The notes under the pieces were generated by a model that was not told where the DNA came from, did not search any database, and saw only the letters and a list, made by a program, of their open reading frames with translations. From an uncultured Deferribacteres bacterium (GTDB lineage Bacteria > Zhuqueibacterota > Zhuqueibacteria > Zhuqueibacterales > Geothermadaptataceae): a stretch of 29,582 bases of DNA. Each line of letters begins with the position of its first letter. Position 1 is the stretch's first letter. Position numbers and translations under genes: made by a program. The DNA lies in the NCBI GenBank assembly GCA_964014485.1, contig CAXHAT010000087.1, positions 1 to 29,582 of the forward strand, read 5' to 3'. Positions 8,437-17,126 of this stretch are shown here, in pieces.

Positions 8437-11028
8437 TTGAAAATATTGAGAATCATCCTGCTTCCGGCGTTTCCAATTCTCGCCTTTGGGCAAAACGTAG
8501 AGCTTGCGAGTCGCTACGATTATTACACCGACGAAAAAGAAGCGACCATCATTTTGTTTGGGGATGATTTTGAAGACGTTAAACAGCTTTTGATCGGCGG
8601 CGTTACAGCGGAAGAAGTCGCGCATCAAAAAGACCGGAGAATTTTTCGCGTCAATATTCAAGATCTGCCGAATTGGGTGCTTGAGCCGGGCGCCCTGATT
8701 ACGCTCAAAGACGGCTCAACGCGCTCGATCTATCTCAAAATCAAAAAAATGCCGCCGAAGCCGAATTCCGTCAAAGTTGACCGTTTGACCGGCGGGCTGA
8801 AAGTAGATGATCTGCCGTTTTTTCCGTTTGGGTTTTACACCGGCTTCCCTCTTGGCAACTTGCTCGTCGAAGAAGTTTATAACGCCATGAATCTCGTCGG
8901 CGTTTACCAGAGCAACGAAGACGAGACGCTGGCGGGGCGGAAAGCGTACATGGATTTGTGCGCTGATTTAGGCGTAAAAGTGAATTATTCGCTCAACGGT
9001 TTGGTCGGGACGCCGCACAACAAGACTGATTTTGTGATTACGCCGGAAGAAGAAGCGCGACGTTGGGATTTGCTTCGGAAAGAAGTGGAAACGTTCAAAG
9101 ATCACCCGGCGCTGCTTTCGTGGTACATGAACGACGAACCTGTCGGACAAAGCCGCTCTCCGAAATTGCTGGAAAAAGCCTACAAAATCATCAAGGAAAT
9201 CGATCCGTACCACCCGATTTCGGTGGTTTTTGTAATCCCGGAACGCGCTGCGGCGTACGCGAACGCCGTCGATATCGTCATGACCGATCCCTACCCGATT
9301 CCCGGCGACGTGAAACAGGTGAGCGGGCATATGCGTGCGTTGAAGAAACATTTTCGCTATCGCAAGGCGTTTTGGCTGGTGCCGCAGGCTTTTGGCGGCG
9401 GCGAGCATTGGGCGAGGGAACCGACCGGCCCGGAAATTCGGGTTATGACGTGGCTGGGAATTCTGGAAGGCGCCATGGGGATCAAGTATTTTATTCGTCG
9501 CCTGCCGAATCTTTTCCCAAAATCACAGACGGCGTGGAATGAGGCCGTGAAAGCGGCGCACGAAATTTCCATGCTCGCGCCCTGGCTTTTTTCCTACGAA
9601 AAAACCGAGCTTTTGCCAACGGATTTTGACGGCGTTTTTGTAAAAACATTTGCCGCTGAAAATTCGAATTTGGTCATTGCCGTGAACAGCGAAAACAGGC
9701 CGAGACAACTGCGCCTGAGTTTTGAAAACGCCGCGAAATCGCCAGACCAAACCTTGCGGCTGCTTTTTGAAAACAGAACGGTTCAACTCAAAAATTTTGC
9801 TTTAACCGAGCCGATTGACGCATTCGGCGTGCGCGTTTACCTGGCGGAGAACGGGAATGAAACCGAAATCGCCGAGCATGCCAAACACAATTTGTTCATT
9901 AATCCGGGATTCGAAAATTGCCCAAGTCCGGGCGTTCCCGCAGGATGTTACGCGAATTCGTCCGCTCGCCCGTTTTACGACGGCTCAACGTTTTTCGTCG
10001 ATTCGAGAACGGCGCATAGCGGGCGCAACGCGCTGCGCTTCAACACGGCGCACGATACCAGTCAGTTTTCGCTGACGTTCTTTCGGATGAATGTTGAGAA
10101 AGAGCGGCTTTATTACAGCGAGTTTTGGAGTCGAGGCCCGCGGCATGGTTCGCCCGCTGAATTCACAGTCAGCATCCCGGAGTTGGAAATTGCGCAAACG
10201 TTTCAAACGTCCCCTGGGTGGAAAAAGCACACGTTTTATTTTAACACAACCGAGCAAACAACGCATGTACGCTGGCAAATTGAACCGAAGGGCAAGGGGA
10301 CGTTTTGGTTGGATGATATTTCGATTTTGCCTGAACCGCTGATCGACGTTGCCGTCCTGCCGCAAGCAAAAGCGCGTGTTCGTTTGCAATCTTCCGTCCC
10401 TGAAAAACGCCTGTTTTACCGGCTTAACGACAGAGGAGACTTTCGGGCTTATAGTTCGCCTTTTGAAGTCAGCGGCTTCACAAATGTCGATCTAAAAGTC
10501 AGCGAGCCCGATGGGAAAAACCGCGACATGTCTTTCCAAATCCCGCTCAGCAAAGCCACTTTGAAAAAATGCTCTTTCCAAACGCCGTACAGTGAAAAGT
10601 ACGCCGCGCAAGGTGACGGAACCGTGCTCGACGGAGCGTACGGCTCTCTTGCTTTCCGTGACAACAAGTGGCTCGGCTTTGACGGCAAAGACGTTGAGTT
10701 CACCGTTGATTTGGGCAAGTCGACAGCAATTCACACCCTCGCCGTGCATTTTCTGGTTAGCGTCAACGACGGCATTCACGCGCCGCTTTCAGTCGTAGCT
10801 TCGGTCAGCGATGACTCGCGGCGATTTCGGTCATTTGGTCTTGCCGAAAACCAGGAAGGTTCAAAACACGGCCCGGCGTATTATTTGAACATGAGAATCG
10901 ATGGCGCCAAAACGATGGCGCGCTATGTCAAATTCAAAGTCAAAAGCCCCAAAATAATCCCCAAGAATTACCTTTTCGCCGGAACTGACGCGTGGATTTT
11001 TATCGATGAAGTTTTGATTGACGATTAA
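8437..11028 (+). CDS. Secreted multidomain glycoside-hydrolase-like protein (TIM barrel + CBM4/9-like + Fn3/CHB_HEX_C-like + F5/8-type C/CBM32-like)
   Basis: TTG start after GGAG, then a signal peptide. Barrel motifs PFFPFGFY, HPALLSWYMNDEP, DPYP, WLVPQAFG; CBM-like NLFINPGFE...WLDDIS; C-terminal DG..GS..F....WLGF.G...DLG...ARYVK...WIFIDEV. Confidence 0.7.
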   Translation: MKILRIILLPAFPILAFGQNVELASRYDYYTDEKEATIILFGDDFEDVKQLLIGGVTAEEVAHQKDRRIFRVNIQDLPNWVLEPGALITLKDGSTRSIYLKIKKMPPKPNSVKVDRLTGGLKVDDLPFFPFGFYTGFPLGNLLVEEVYNAMNLVGVYQSNEDETLAGRKAYMDLCADLGVKVNYSLNGLVGTPHNKTDFVITPEEEARRWDLLRKEVETFKDHPALLSWYMNDEPVGQSRSPKLLEKAYKIIKEIDPYHPISVVFVIPERAAAYANAVDIVMTDPYPIPGDVKQVSGHMRALKKHFRYRKAFWLVPQAFGGGEHWAREPTGPEIRVMTWLGILEGAMGIKYFIRRLPNLFPKSQTAWNEAVKAAHEISMLAPWLFSYEKTELLPTDFDGVFVKTFAAENSNLVIAVNSENRPRQLRLSFENAAKSPDQTLRLLFENRTVQLKNFALTEPIDAFGVRVYLAENGNETEIAEHAKHNLFINPGFENCPSPGVPAGCYANSSARPFYDGSTFFVDSRTAHSGRNALRFNTAHDTSQFSLTFFRMNVEKERLYYSEFWSRGPRHGSPAEFTVSIPELEIAQTFQTSPGWKKHTFYFNTTEQTTHVRWQIEPKGKGTFWLDDISILPEPLIDVAVLPQAKARVRLQSSVPEKRLFYRLNDRGDFRAYSSPFEVSGFTNVDLKVSEPDGKNRDMSFQIPLSKATLKKCSFQTPYSEKYAAQGDGTVLDGAYGSLAFRDNKWLGFDGKDVEFTVDLGKSTAIHTLAVHFLVSVNDGIHAPLSVVASVSDDSRRFRSFGLAENQEGSKHGPAYYLNMRIDGAKTMARYVKFKVKSPKIIPKNYLFAGTDAWIFIDEVLIDD

Positions 11029-11058
11029 ATCACACATCGCGCTATCACCTTGTTTTAC

Positions 11059-11087
11059 TTGACATTAGTTCAGTCTTGCCGTATCTT
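11059..11087 (+). promoter_or_regulatory. Putative sigma70 promoter
   Basis: TTGACA (11059-11064), 17-nt spacer, TATCTT (11082-11087), about 90 nt upstream of ATG 11180. Confidence 0.7.
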
Positions 11088-11179
11088 TGCGCCGTTTTTA
11101 TGAAAATGACTGCGCCGAAAACACTTCGAGATCCTGCCTGTTGGTTGAGGTTTGGTCGATTTATATCCAAAGGAGACTC

Positions 11180-11932
11180 ATGAAACGCAGCATCATTCTT
11201 CTTATTGCATTCCTTGCATTCACCTCAGAACTGTTTTCACAAGGCATTAATGTGCCGCCGCGCCGCATCATCGATTTTCCTAACGGCGCTCTTCTGCCCA
11301 AGGGCAGTTTTGACGTCACATTGCACGCCTTCCCCAAAGGCGGGCTCGTTACCGGAATTGACGTTGGGCTGCACAATCGGCTCATGATCGGCGTTTCCTA
11401 TGGCGGAACAAACGTGATTGGCGAAGGTGACGTCAACTGGCATCCTTTTGCGGGCGCGAATGTTCGGTACCGGGTTATTGGCGAATCGTTTACCTGGCCG
11501 GGCGTCGCTGTTGGCTTCGATTCACAAGGCCACGGCGCATATTTGGATACTACGAATCGTTTCGAAAGAAAAGCGTTGGGATTCTACGCCGTCTCAAGCA
11601 AAAATTATCAAATTCTCGGCGGTCTCGGTATTCATTTCGGAGCGAATTATTCGCTTGAAACGGACGATCTAGACAAAGGAATCAACTTGTTTACCGGCGC
11701 GGACTTGACTATTCGACCAAATGTGGCGGTCATGGCCGAATACGATTTTGCATTGAACGACAACGGTGATTTATCGTTGGGTTCCGGCAAAGGCTATCTC
11801 AACGCCGGGCTCAGATTTACCATCAAGGACGCCGTCTATCTGGAACTCTTTCTCGTGGATCTTCTCGAAAACAGAGAGAACAATTTCCAGCGTTCGATCA
11901 AGGTTACATATCTTGAGTTTTTCAGTTTATAA
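11180..11932 (+). CDS. Exported, probable outer-membrane beta-barrel protein (YjbH-like)
   Basis: AGGAG RBS and signal peptide MKRSIILLIAFLAFTSELFS; IDFPNGALLPKG, AVGFDSQG, AEYDFALND, GYLNAGLRF; amphipathic beta pattern. Confidence 0.65.
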   Translation: MKRSIILLIAFLAFTSELFSQGINVPPRRIIDFPNGALLPKGSFDVTLHAFPKGGLVTGIDVGLHNRLMIGVSYGGTNVIGEGDVNWHPFAGANVRYRVIGESFTWPGVAVGFDSQGHGAYLDTTNRFERKALGFYAVSSKNYQILGGLGIHFGANYSLETDDLDKGINLFTGADLTIRPNVAVMAEYDFALNDNGDLSLGSGKGYLNAGLRFTIKDAVYLELFLVDLLENRENNFQRSIKVTYLEFFSL

Positions 11933-11963
11933 CGGTGCGTTTTTCTTGAGTCACTCTTTGCCG

Positions 11964-11986
11964 AAGTGCGACGATTCATCGTCGCC
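11964..11986 (+). repeat. REP-like hairpin
   Basis: GAAGTGCGACGATTCATCGTCGCC-type sequence with an 8-bp stem GCGACGAT/ATCGTCGC (11968-11985) after a GTAG-like GAAG. Outer TTGCCG/CGGCAA pairing is possible. Confidence 0.5.
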
Positions 11987-12146
11987 TGTGACGGCAACCC
12001 ACTTTCAGACACTGAAGCGTTTGACTTCAGGCTGAGTTGCTTTTTGATCAAAACCGCAAGCGCGGTTGGGTGGCTGAACAATTTCAAAAGCCTTCTTTTT
12101 AAACTTTCCTTAGTCTCATCTCACACTTTAATATTGTGGCGAATAA

Positions 12147-14558
12147 ATGTCTCGTGGCCTAAAAATAGTCTTCGCGATAACGGGGTTTATCGCCGCAATT
12201 CTTGCTGCGGTTTTCGTTTTCGGTTATTTTTCGCTCACCAAATCCCTCCCTGATTTCAAAGAAAAGATCAACCTTCAAGGCCTTGCTTCCAATGTGACGG
12301 TTTACCGCGACGACTATAGCGTGCCGCACATTTTCGCGAATAATAACGAAGACCTTTTTCGGACGGCGGGCTATGTCACGGCGCAGGATCGGCTCTGGCA
12401 AATGGACCTAACTCGACGCGCCGCCAACGGCGAACTGAGCGAAATTTTCGGCGAATCGGTTTTGGAAAGCGATGTTTTTGCCCGAACCTGGGGGTTTCGG
12501 CGCATTGCCCGCGCCGTCATTGACAGCCTGGGCCCAGATTCAAAACTCGCGCTCCAAGCCTATGCAGACGGCGTCAACGCGTTCATGACACAAAATCAGG
12601 ACGATCTGCCGATCGAATTTTCGCTGCTGAACTACAAGCCCAAAAGATGGCGCATCACGGATTCCATCGCTTACTCGCGCTTGCTTGCTTTTTGGCTTAG
12701 CGTTCCCGGCCGCATCGAGCCGACATTGCACCGCATCGCGGAAAAAGTCGGTTTTGAAAATGCGCTCGAACTTTTCCCGGCATACCCAAAAGAAACGCCG
12801 ACGACGGTTGCCCGCAACTTGACCGACTATGCCCGGCTTTTTGCGCAAGTAGAAAACGGCTTTACGAAAAACCAAAGCACGCTTATCGCGCCCTTCAGCG
12901 TAGCGGGCAGCAACAGTTGGGTGGTAAGCGGCGCGAAGAGCGTCAGCGGCAAGCCGATTTTGGCGAACGATCCCCACCTCGATCTGCGCCTGCCGCCCGT
13001 CTGGTATGAAATTCACCTGAACGGCGGCGATTACAACGTCTCCGGAATGACGCTCCCGGGCGTTCCCGCAATTCTCATTGGCCGCAACGATGCAGCCGCC
13101 TGGGGGTTGACCAACGGCATGATCGACGACGCCGATTTTTATCTTGAGCGAATCTCAAAAGATGATCCGAATAAGTACTGGGATGGAGAAAATTGGCAAA
13201 ACTTTACGCTCGTGCGCGATACAATTTTGGTTAAAGGCAAAATGGATCCGGTGTTCATGGACACGCGCTTGAAATCAAACGCAACGCCGGTCATTACCGA
13301 AACTCTGTCGCTCTTCAAGGACGACACGCTCGCAGTCAGCGCAAACTGGACGGGCTTGCGTGCGTCTGATGATTTAGGCAGTCTTTTAGGCGTCAACAAA
13401 TCGCGAAATTGGGACGATTTCCTGAGTGCTTTGAAAGATTACCGCGTCCCGACGCAAAACTTTGTTTATGCAGACGTATCCGGCGATATTGGCTACACGG
13501 CGGCAGGCTACGTTCCCGTTCGCCGCGACGGCGGCGGTTCTTTTTTTTACAATGGCTGGGAAAAAAAAGGCGACTGGGTGGGGAAAGTTCCTTTTGAAGA
13601 CATGCCGCGACAAAAGAATCCGCCTGAGGGCTACATTGGGACGGCGAACAACAAAATGGCCGGGGCCGGCTACCCGTACTACCTCAGCAATTTGTGGGAG
13701 CCGGACAGTCGCATTCGCAGAATCCGGCAGGTGCTCGCGGGCGACAAGAAATTTACACCAGACGATATGAAAGCTTTGCAGCAGGACGTTCGCTCGCTGC
13801 ACGCGGAAAAAGTCGTGGAAACAATAAAGCCCATGATTGACGGAGCGCAGCTTTCAGACTACGAAAAATCCATCTGGGTGCTGCTTTCCGAATGGGATTT
13901 TTTCGAAAACAGCGAGCGACCGGAAGCCACCATTTACAACGCGTTTTTTGTCACGCTCTTGCAAAACATCCTGCAAGACGACCTGAATGAAGAAACTGCT
14001 GAAGCTTATACTTTTTGGTCAAATATGGCTATTCGTTCGGTGGAACATTTGTTAGATACCCCGTCGTCATTTTGGTGGGACGACAAGCGCACGACCGAGC
14101 ACGTTGAGACAGCGCCGGAAGTGGTTGTTAAAAGCTTCAAAATGGCGATTCAGAGGTTGCAGGATGAGCTGGGCGGAGGCCCCGGTTTTTGGGATTGGGG
14201 ACATGTGCACAAAATTACGTTTAAGCATCCAATCGGCGAGCAGCAGCCTATGGATCGGCTTTTTAATCTCGGTCCGTTCCCGATTGGCGGATCGCCGAAT
14301 TCTTTAGCCAAGGCGGAGTACAAATTGACCTCCCCTTACGATGCTTTCGCGGGCGCTTCATTAAGGTTAATCGTCGATTTAGCCGATCCTGAAAATGCGT
14401 GGACGGTCATTCCCGGAGGCCAGTCCGGTCAGCCGTTTTCAGAGCATTATGGCGACCAGGTGAATTTATGGCGCACTGGAAAGTACAAAGCCTCAAGATT
14501 GAAAAAAGCGGCGGTTGATACGTCTGCAAAATTTGTCCAGACGGCGACGCCGCGATGA
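12147..14558 (+). CDS. Penicillin acylase family protein (Ntn hydrolase; penicillin amidase/AHL acylase-like), N-terminal membrane anchor
   Basis: RDDYSVPHIFA, GYVTAQDRLWQMD, autoproteolysis site G/SNSWVV, ANDPHL, QNFVYAD, TANNK and PGGQSGQPFSEHYGDQ. Confidence 0.93.
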   Translation: MSRGLKIVFAITGFIAAILAAVFVFGYFSLTKSLPDFKEKINLQGLASNVTVYRDDYSVPHIFANNNEDLFRTAGYVTAQDRLWQMDLTRRAANGELSEIFGESVLESDVFARTWGFRRIARAVIDSLGPDSKLALQAYADGVNAFMTQNQDDLPIEFSLLNYKPKRWRITDSIAYSRLLAFWLSVPGRIEPTLHRIAEKVGFENALELFPAYPKETPTTVARNLTDYARLFAQVENGFTKNQSTLIAPFSVAGSNSWVVSGAKSVSGKPILANDPHLDLRLPPVWYEIHLNGGDYNVSGMTLPGVPAILIGRNDAAAWGLTNGMIDDADFYLERISKDDPNKYWDGENWQNFTLVRDTILVKGKMDPVFMDTRLKSNATPVITETLSLFKDDTLAVSANWTGLRASDDLGSLLGVNKSRNWDDFLSALKDYRVPTQNFVYADVSGDIGYTAAGYVPVRRDGGGSFFYNGWEKKGDWVGKVPFEDMPRQKNPPEGYIGTANNKMAGAGYPYYLSNLWEPDSRIRRIRQVLAGDKKFTPDDMKALQQDVRSLHAEKVVETIKPMIDGAQLSDYEKSIWVLLSEWDFFENSERPEATIYNAFFVTLLQNILQDDLNEETAEAYTFWSNMAIRSVEHLLDTPSSFWWDDKRTTEHVETAPEVVVKSFKMAIQRLQDELGGGPGFWDWGHVHKITFKHPIGEQQPMDRLFNLGPFPIGGSPNSLAKAEYKLTSPYDAFAGASLRLIVDLADPENAWTVIPGGQSGQPFSEHYGDQVNLWRTGKYKASRLKKAAVDTSAKFVQTATPR

Positions 14559-14603
14559 TGATGAAAACTGACGACATTAGTTCGCACCGAACGGAGATAA
14601 ATT

Positions 14604-15515
14604 GTGAATGAGAAGTCAATCGCGGATTTTCATATTGGCGATGAAATTACCGGGTTTTACCTGCTTCAACGCTTCGATATGAAAGCCCGGCGGGACAATA
14701 AGGGCCATTTCCTGGCTGTCGATCTCGCGGACGCGACCGGCAGTATCGCCGCGAATATTTGGGATGACGCTGAAGAAAACGCCCGGCGGCTCCGGCGCGG
14801 CGGCGTTGTCAAAATCAAAGGCGCGGTGCAGAGTTTTCAAGGCCGGAAACAACTTTCCATTCAAAAAATACGGCAAGCCGAGGACGGCGACGAGGTGGAT
14901 TTAACGCAACTTGTCCCGGCAGTGAAAGATGACATTAAAAGCCTTTGGCGAGATTATTCCCGATTCGTCGATGGAATCATCAACCCGTTCATGCGCTCTC
15001 TTTTGCGTAAATTTACCGAGAGCGAGGCGTTTCGCAATGAATTTTGCAGCGCCGTCAATGGCCTTGAAAAGCGAAGCGCACGTCGCGGCGGGCTTCTGCA
15101 GCACACGATTCGCGTCGCAAGAGCCTGTGAAAAATTGGCGACGGTTTACCCCGATTTGAACAAAGATTTGCTCTTGACCGGAGCGCTGCTGCACGACGTC
15201 GGGAAGATAGAAGCGTTTTCGCGCGGCCCGCTTTTTGAACTCACTGAGCAAGGACGGTTGGTGGGGCGGCACAATCTCACCGCAGCCATGATTCTCAAAA
15301 AAGTGGACAACATCTCCGCATTTCCCGCTGAGCTGAGTATGAAATTGCAGCACATGATCTTCACTCTGGCGGCTGAAGACATCCAGCCGGGAGCGCTGCC
15401 TGAAGCGGTCGTTCTTCGTTTTGCCAATGCGATGGACGAAGCGATAGATGCATCTGCTGGCGGCGCCCAAAAACATAAAAAACAAAAAGTTGAAACGCTA
15501 AACTTTGACTTTTAG
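14604..15515 (+). CDS. yhaM: YhaM/Cbf1-like OB-fold + HD-domain protein (3'-5' exoribonuclease family), possibly catalytically degenerate
   Basis: GTG start after GGAG. OB fold (LADATGSIAANIWD), GGLLQH, LLHDVGKIE and EQGRLVG. The usual HH and SHHG motifs are missing. Confidence 0.75.
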   Translation: MNEKSIADFHIGDEITGFYLLQRFDMKARRDNKGHFLAVDLADATGSIAANIWDDAEENARRLRRGGVVKIKGAVQSFQGRKQLSIQKIRQAEDGDEVDLTQLVPAVKDDIKSLWRDYSRFVDGIINPFMRSLLRKFTESEAFRNEFCSAVNGLEKRSARRGGLLQHTIRVARACEKLATVYPDLNKDLLLTGALLHDVGKIEAFSRGPLFELTEQGRLVGRHNLTAAMILKKVDNISAFPAELSMKLQHMIFTLAAEDIQPGALPEAVVLRFANAMDEAIDASAGGAQKHKKQKVETLNFDF

Positions 15516-15527
15516 ACAAGAAGCCAA

Positions 15528-17021
15528 ATGAAAAAAATGCAAGAAATAAAAACGCTCGGCGCACTCAAGGAATCCGGTTATAAGCCGCGGAGCGTCAAGG
15601 ATGAAATTCGCGGCAACTTGATTCATAAGCTGCAAAACAAGGAAGAAATTTTTCCCGGAATCATCGGGTACGAACACTCCGTGATCCCGGACATGATCAA
15701 CGCCATTCTCTCGCGTCACGATTTCATTTTGCTCGGCCTGCGCGGCCAAGCGAAAAGCCGCATGTTGCGCATGCTTCCAATGCTGCTCGACGAGTTGATT
15801 CCTGCGGTAAAAGGCAGCGAAGTCAACGACGACCCGTATAATCCGATCAGCAAGTATGCGGTTGATCTTATTGCCGAATACGGCGACGAAACGGAGATCG
15901 AATGGGTTGAGCGATCCCAAAGGTACGGCGAAAAACTGGCCACGCCGGACGTTACCATCGCGGATTTGATCGGCGACGTCGATCCGATTAAGGCTGCGGT
16001 GCACCGCTTGCATTATTCGCACGAGGGCGTGATTCATTTCGGTATTATTCCGCGCACCAATCGCGGTATTTTTGCGATCAACGAACTGCCGGATTTGCAG
16101 CCGCGCATCCAGGTCGGCTTATTCAATCTGATGGAAGAAAAAGATATTCAAATTCGCGGTTTTCCGGTGCGCATCCCGATGGATATTTTCATGGTATACT
16201 CCGCCAATCCTGAGGATTACACCAATCGCGGCAACATCATCACGCCCTTGAAAGACCGCATCGGCTCGCAGATTTTGACTCACTACCCGAAAGAAGTCGA
16301 AATTGGTATGCAAATAACGCGGCAGGAAGCGTGGCTCAAACGGGATGAACGCGAAGTGCACGTGCTTTCGCTGATGAATGAAATTGTCGAGCAGACCGCG
16401 ATTGAAGCGCGGCAAAGCGAATTCGTCGATCAAAAAAGCGGTGTGAGCGCGCGCATGACTATTTCACTTTTAGAAAACATCATCAGCAACGCCGAACGGC
16501 GCGCCTGGCTGCGCAACGAGGAAACAATCATCCCGCGCATCTGCGACGCTTTTGCCGCACTTTCGGCGATTACCGGAAAAATTGAATTGGTTTACGAAGG
16601 CGAACAGGAAGGCGTGGTCAAAGTGGCGCAAGGTCTGCTCGGCAAGGCGATCAAAAAAGTCTTTCTCGACTATTTTCCGGATCCCTACAAAGCGATGAAA
16701 AAAGGCGACAGCCCGTTCGCAAAAACGGTCGGCTATTTTAAAGCGGATCGCAAAATCGACATTTCCGATACGATGGGGCAAAAGGACTACATCGCAGCGC
16801 TCAACCAGACGCCCGGACTTGACCGATTGACAAAGGACTATCTCGCGCCAGTGTTTGAGATTACTCCGGAATTGCAGCCTGTCGCCATGGAATTTGTGCT
16901 GGAAGGCCTGCACCAAAATTCGCTGCTCAGCAAAGACGAAGTCGAAAACGTCCGCGTCTACGGCGACATGATCCAACAAATGTTCAGCCGCATGCAAGAC
17001 GACGACGATGAATATGTGTAA
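15528..17021 (+). CDS. Magnesium-chelatase ChlI/MoxR-like AAA+ ATPase
   Basis: Walker A GLRGQAKS, EKLATPDVTIADLIGDVDPIK, Walker B-like FAINELPDL, ANPEDYTNRGNIITPLKDR and SGVSAR. Confidence 0.88.
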   Translation: MKKMQEIKTLGALKESGYKPRSVKDEIRGNLIHKLQNKEEIFPGIIGYEHSVIPDMINAILSRHDFILLGLRGQAKSRMLRMLPMLLDELIPAVKGSEVNDDPYNPISKYAVDLIAEYGDETEIEWVERSQRYGEKLATPDVTIADLIGDVDPIKAAVHRLHYSHEGVIHFGIIPRTNRGIFAINELPDLQPRIQVGLFNLMEEKDIQIRGFPVRIPMDIFMVYSANPEDYTNRGNIITPLKDRIGSQILTHYPKEVEIGMQITRQEAWLKRDEREVHVLSLMNEIVEQTAIEARQSEFVDQKSGVSARMTISLLENIISNAERRAWLRNEETIIPRICDAFAALSAITGKIELVYEGEQEGVVKVAQGLLGKAIKKVFLDYFPDPYKAMKKGDSPFAKTVGYFKADRKIDISDTMGQKDYIAALNQTPGLDRLTKDYLAPVFEITPELQPVAMEFVLEGLHQNSLLSKDEVENVRVYGDMIQQMFSRMQDDDDEYV

Positions 17022-17024
17022 AAG

Positions 17025-17056
17025 AACGGAGCCGCCCAAAACGGCCGTTTTTGTTT
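17025..17056 (+). terminator. Possible rho-independent terminator
   Basis: AACG-GA-GCCG, loop, CGGC-CGTT followed by TTTGTTT, directly after the ATPase stop and between convergent genes. Confidence 0.4.
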
Positions 17057-17126
17057 AGCCCCGCTCTTTTTCAGACAACGATGCAATCGAAGTTGCGACG
17101 TTTTTCAGCGCACACTGAAAAGGCAA

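Noticed and set aside
11966..12253. 95-aa ORF upstream of the acylase
   Set aside because: It starts inside a REP-like hairpin, overlaps the acylase out of frame and has no RBS or motif.
552..14313. CCWWGG avoidance as support for CfrBI specificity
   Set aside because: Sites are present (e.g. 552, 4603, 6662, 14308). No depletion is evident by eye and the window is too small to test.
16072..16095. Walker B reading AINE instead of hhhhDE, as a sign of an inactive ATPase
   Set aside because: As I recall, INELPDL is the normal motif in this subfamily, so it is not evidence of decay.
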